From the NCBI GenBank assembly GCA_016748015.1, contig JAAOMT010000570.1, forward strand, positions 314,043 through 378,042: a DNA stretch of 64,000 bases, written 5' to 3'. The position numbers were made by a program, and so were the translations under genes. The notes beneath the pieces were generated by a model. That model ran no database searches, was not told the DNA's origin, and saw only the letters and a list, made by a program, of their open reading frames with translations. Positions 63,273 through 64,000 of the stretch are shown in pieces; position 1 is the first letter of the stretch; every line of letters begins with the position of its first letter. The stretch is from Geosiphon pyriformis uo1. Lineage: Eukaryota; Fungi; Glomeromycota.

Positions 63273-64000
63273 ATAACGGCCAAGCTATCAAGCTAATTCT
63301 TAATAGTGGTTCAGCAGACAACATCGTCACATGACAACTCATGGACCAATTAGATCGCCAAGTTGATCGAGCTGCCAGTGCCAGAATTATTACTGCTGAT
63401 GGAACAATAAAGACTCCTATTAACAAGATTGATAATTTCCCATTTGAAGTCAATGGCATTATTATGTCCATCAAAGTCTTAGTTATAGAAGCCATGCAGT
63501 ATCAAGCTCTCATTAGTAACAACTGGCTGTCCAAAACCAACACAGTGCTTAACTGAAATACTCAAGAGTTTTAGCTTAACTATAATGGTCAGCAAAATTG
63601 AATACTGGCTACTTGTGATTATTTTAAGACCTTTTTAAGAAAACAATCATTGATTGAGTTGAAAAAAGAAAAAAAAACCTCTGAAAAGCCTACCAAGTTT
63701 TATGAGCTAAAGAAAAACACAATAAATTGTTACCAATACTTATTTGGAATAAAAAAGAAAAAAAAAAACAAATTTTAAACCACTATTTCTATAGAGAAAT
63801 CAGCAAATAGTTGGCTTATTTTATATTTAATACTAGTACCAAAGAAACATTTATCTTATATTTTATTCAGATGTATTAATTATAACAAAAAACTTTTATT
63901 CATAAAAGTTTGTATCTTACCAAAAAAAGAATATAAAATACATATCTGTTATTATTGCAAAGCATATTATAAGAATGTTTTAGATGCTTAAAATAACAAA
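63273..64000 (+). mobile_element. 5'-truncated Gypsy fragment (protease onward, family B-like)
   Basis: NGQAIKLILNSGSADNIV*QLMDQLDRQVDRAASARIITADG, homologous to ~24400-24800. Confidence 0.85.

Overview
AT-rich eukaryotic DNA with short spliceosomal introns, from an early-diverging fungus. Glomeromycotina, possibly Geosiphon-like, is an inference from the gene set and TE proteins and is not verified. The window has two compartments. (1) 1-~43,100 is a nested transposon graveyard eroded by C>T/G>A transitions. It holds two full-length, degenerate Ty3/Gypsy LTR retrotransposons (80-9923 minus; 21045-31268 plus), two solo LTRs with perfect 4-bp TSDs, and several RNase H-containing LINEs. It also holds a 1.7-kb non-autonomous pogo/Tigger-like DNA transposon that carries Sel1-like repeats. 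(2) ~44,000-62,800 is a compact block of five intron-rich host genes: BAP31/YET-like, ORM1, class III G-alpha, RTEL1-like helicase and myosin V. Another Gypsy fragment follows the block. The two Gypsy families have dissimilar LTRs but share an unusual retrovirus-like architecture: gag-PR-[multi-CxxC domain]-dUTPase-[pseudo-dUTPase]-RT-RH-IN plus a conserved, non-membrane accessory ORF in the env position. The other highlight is the Pack-type pogo element capturing Sel1 repeats. Exon boundaries, TSDs and alignments were read by eye, and internal domain limits are approximate.
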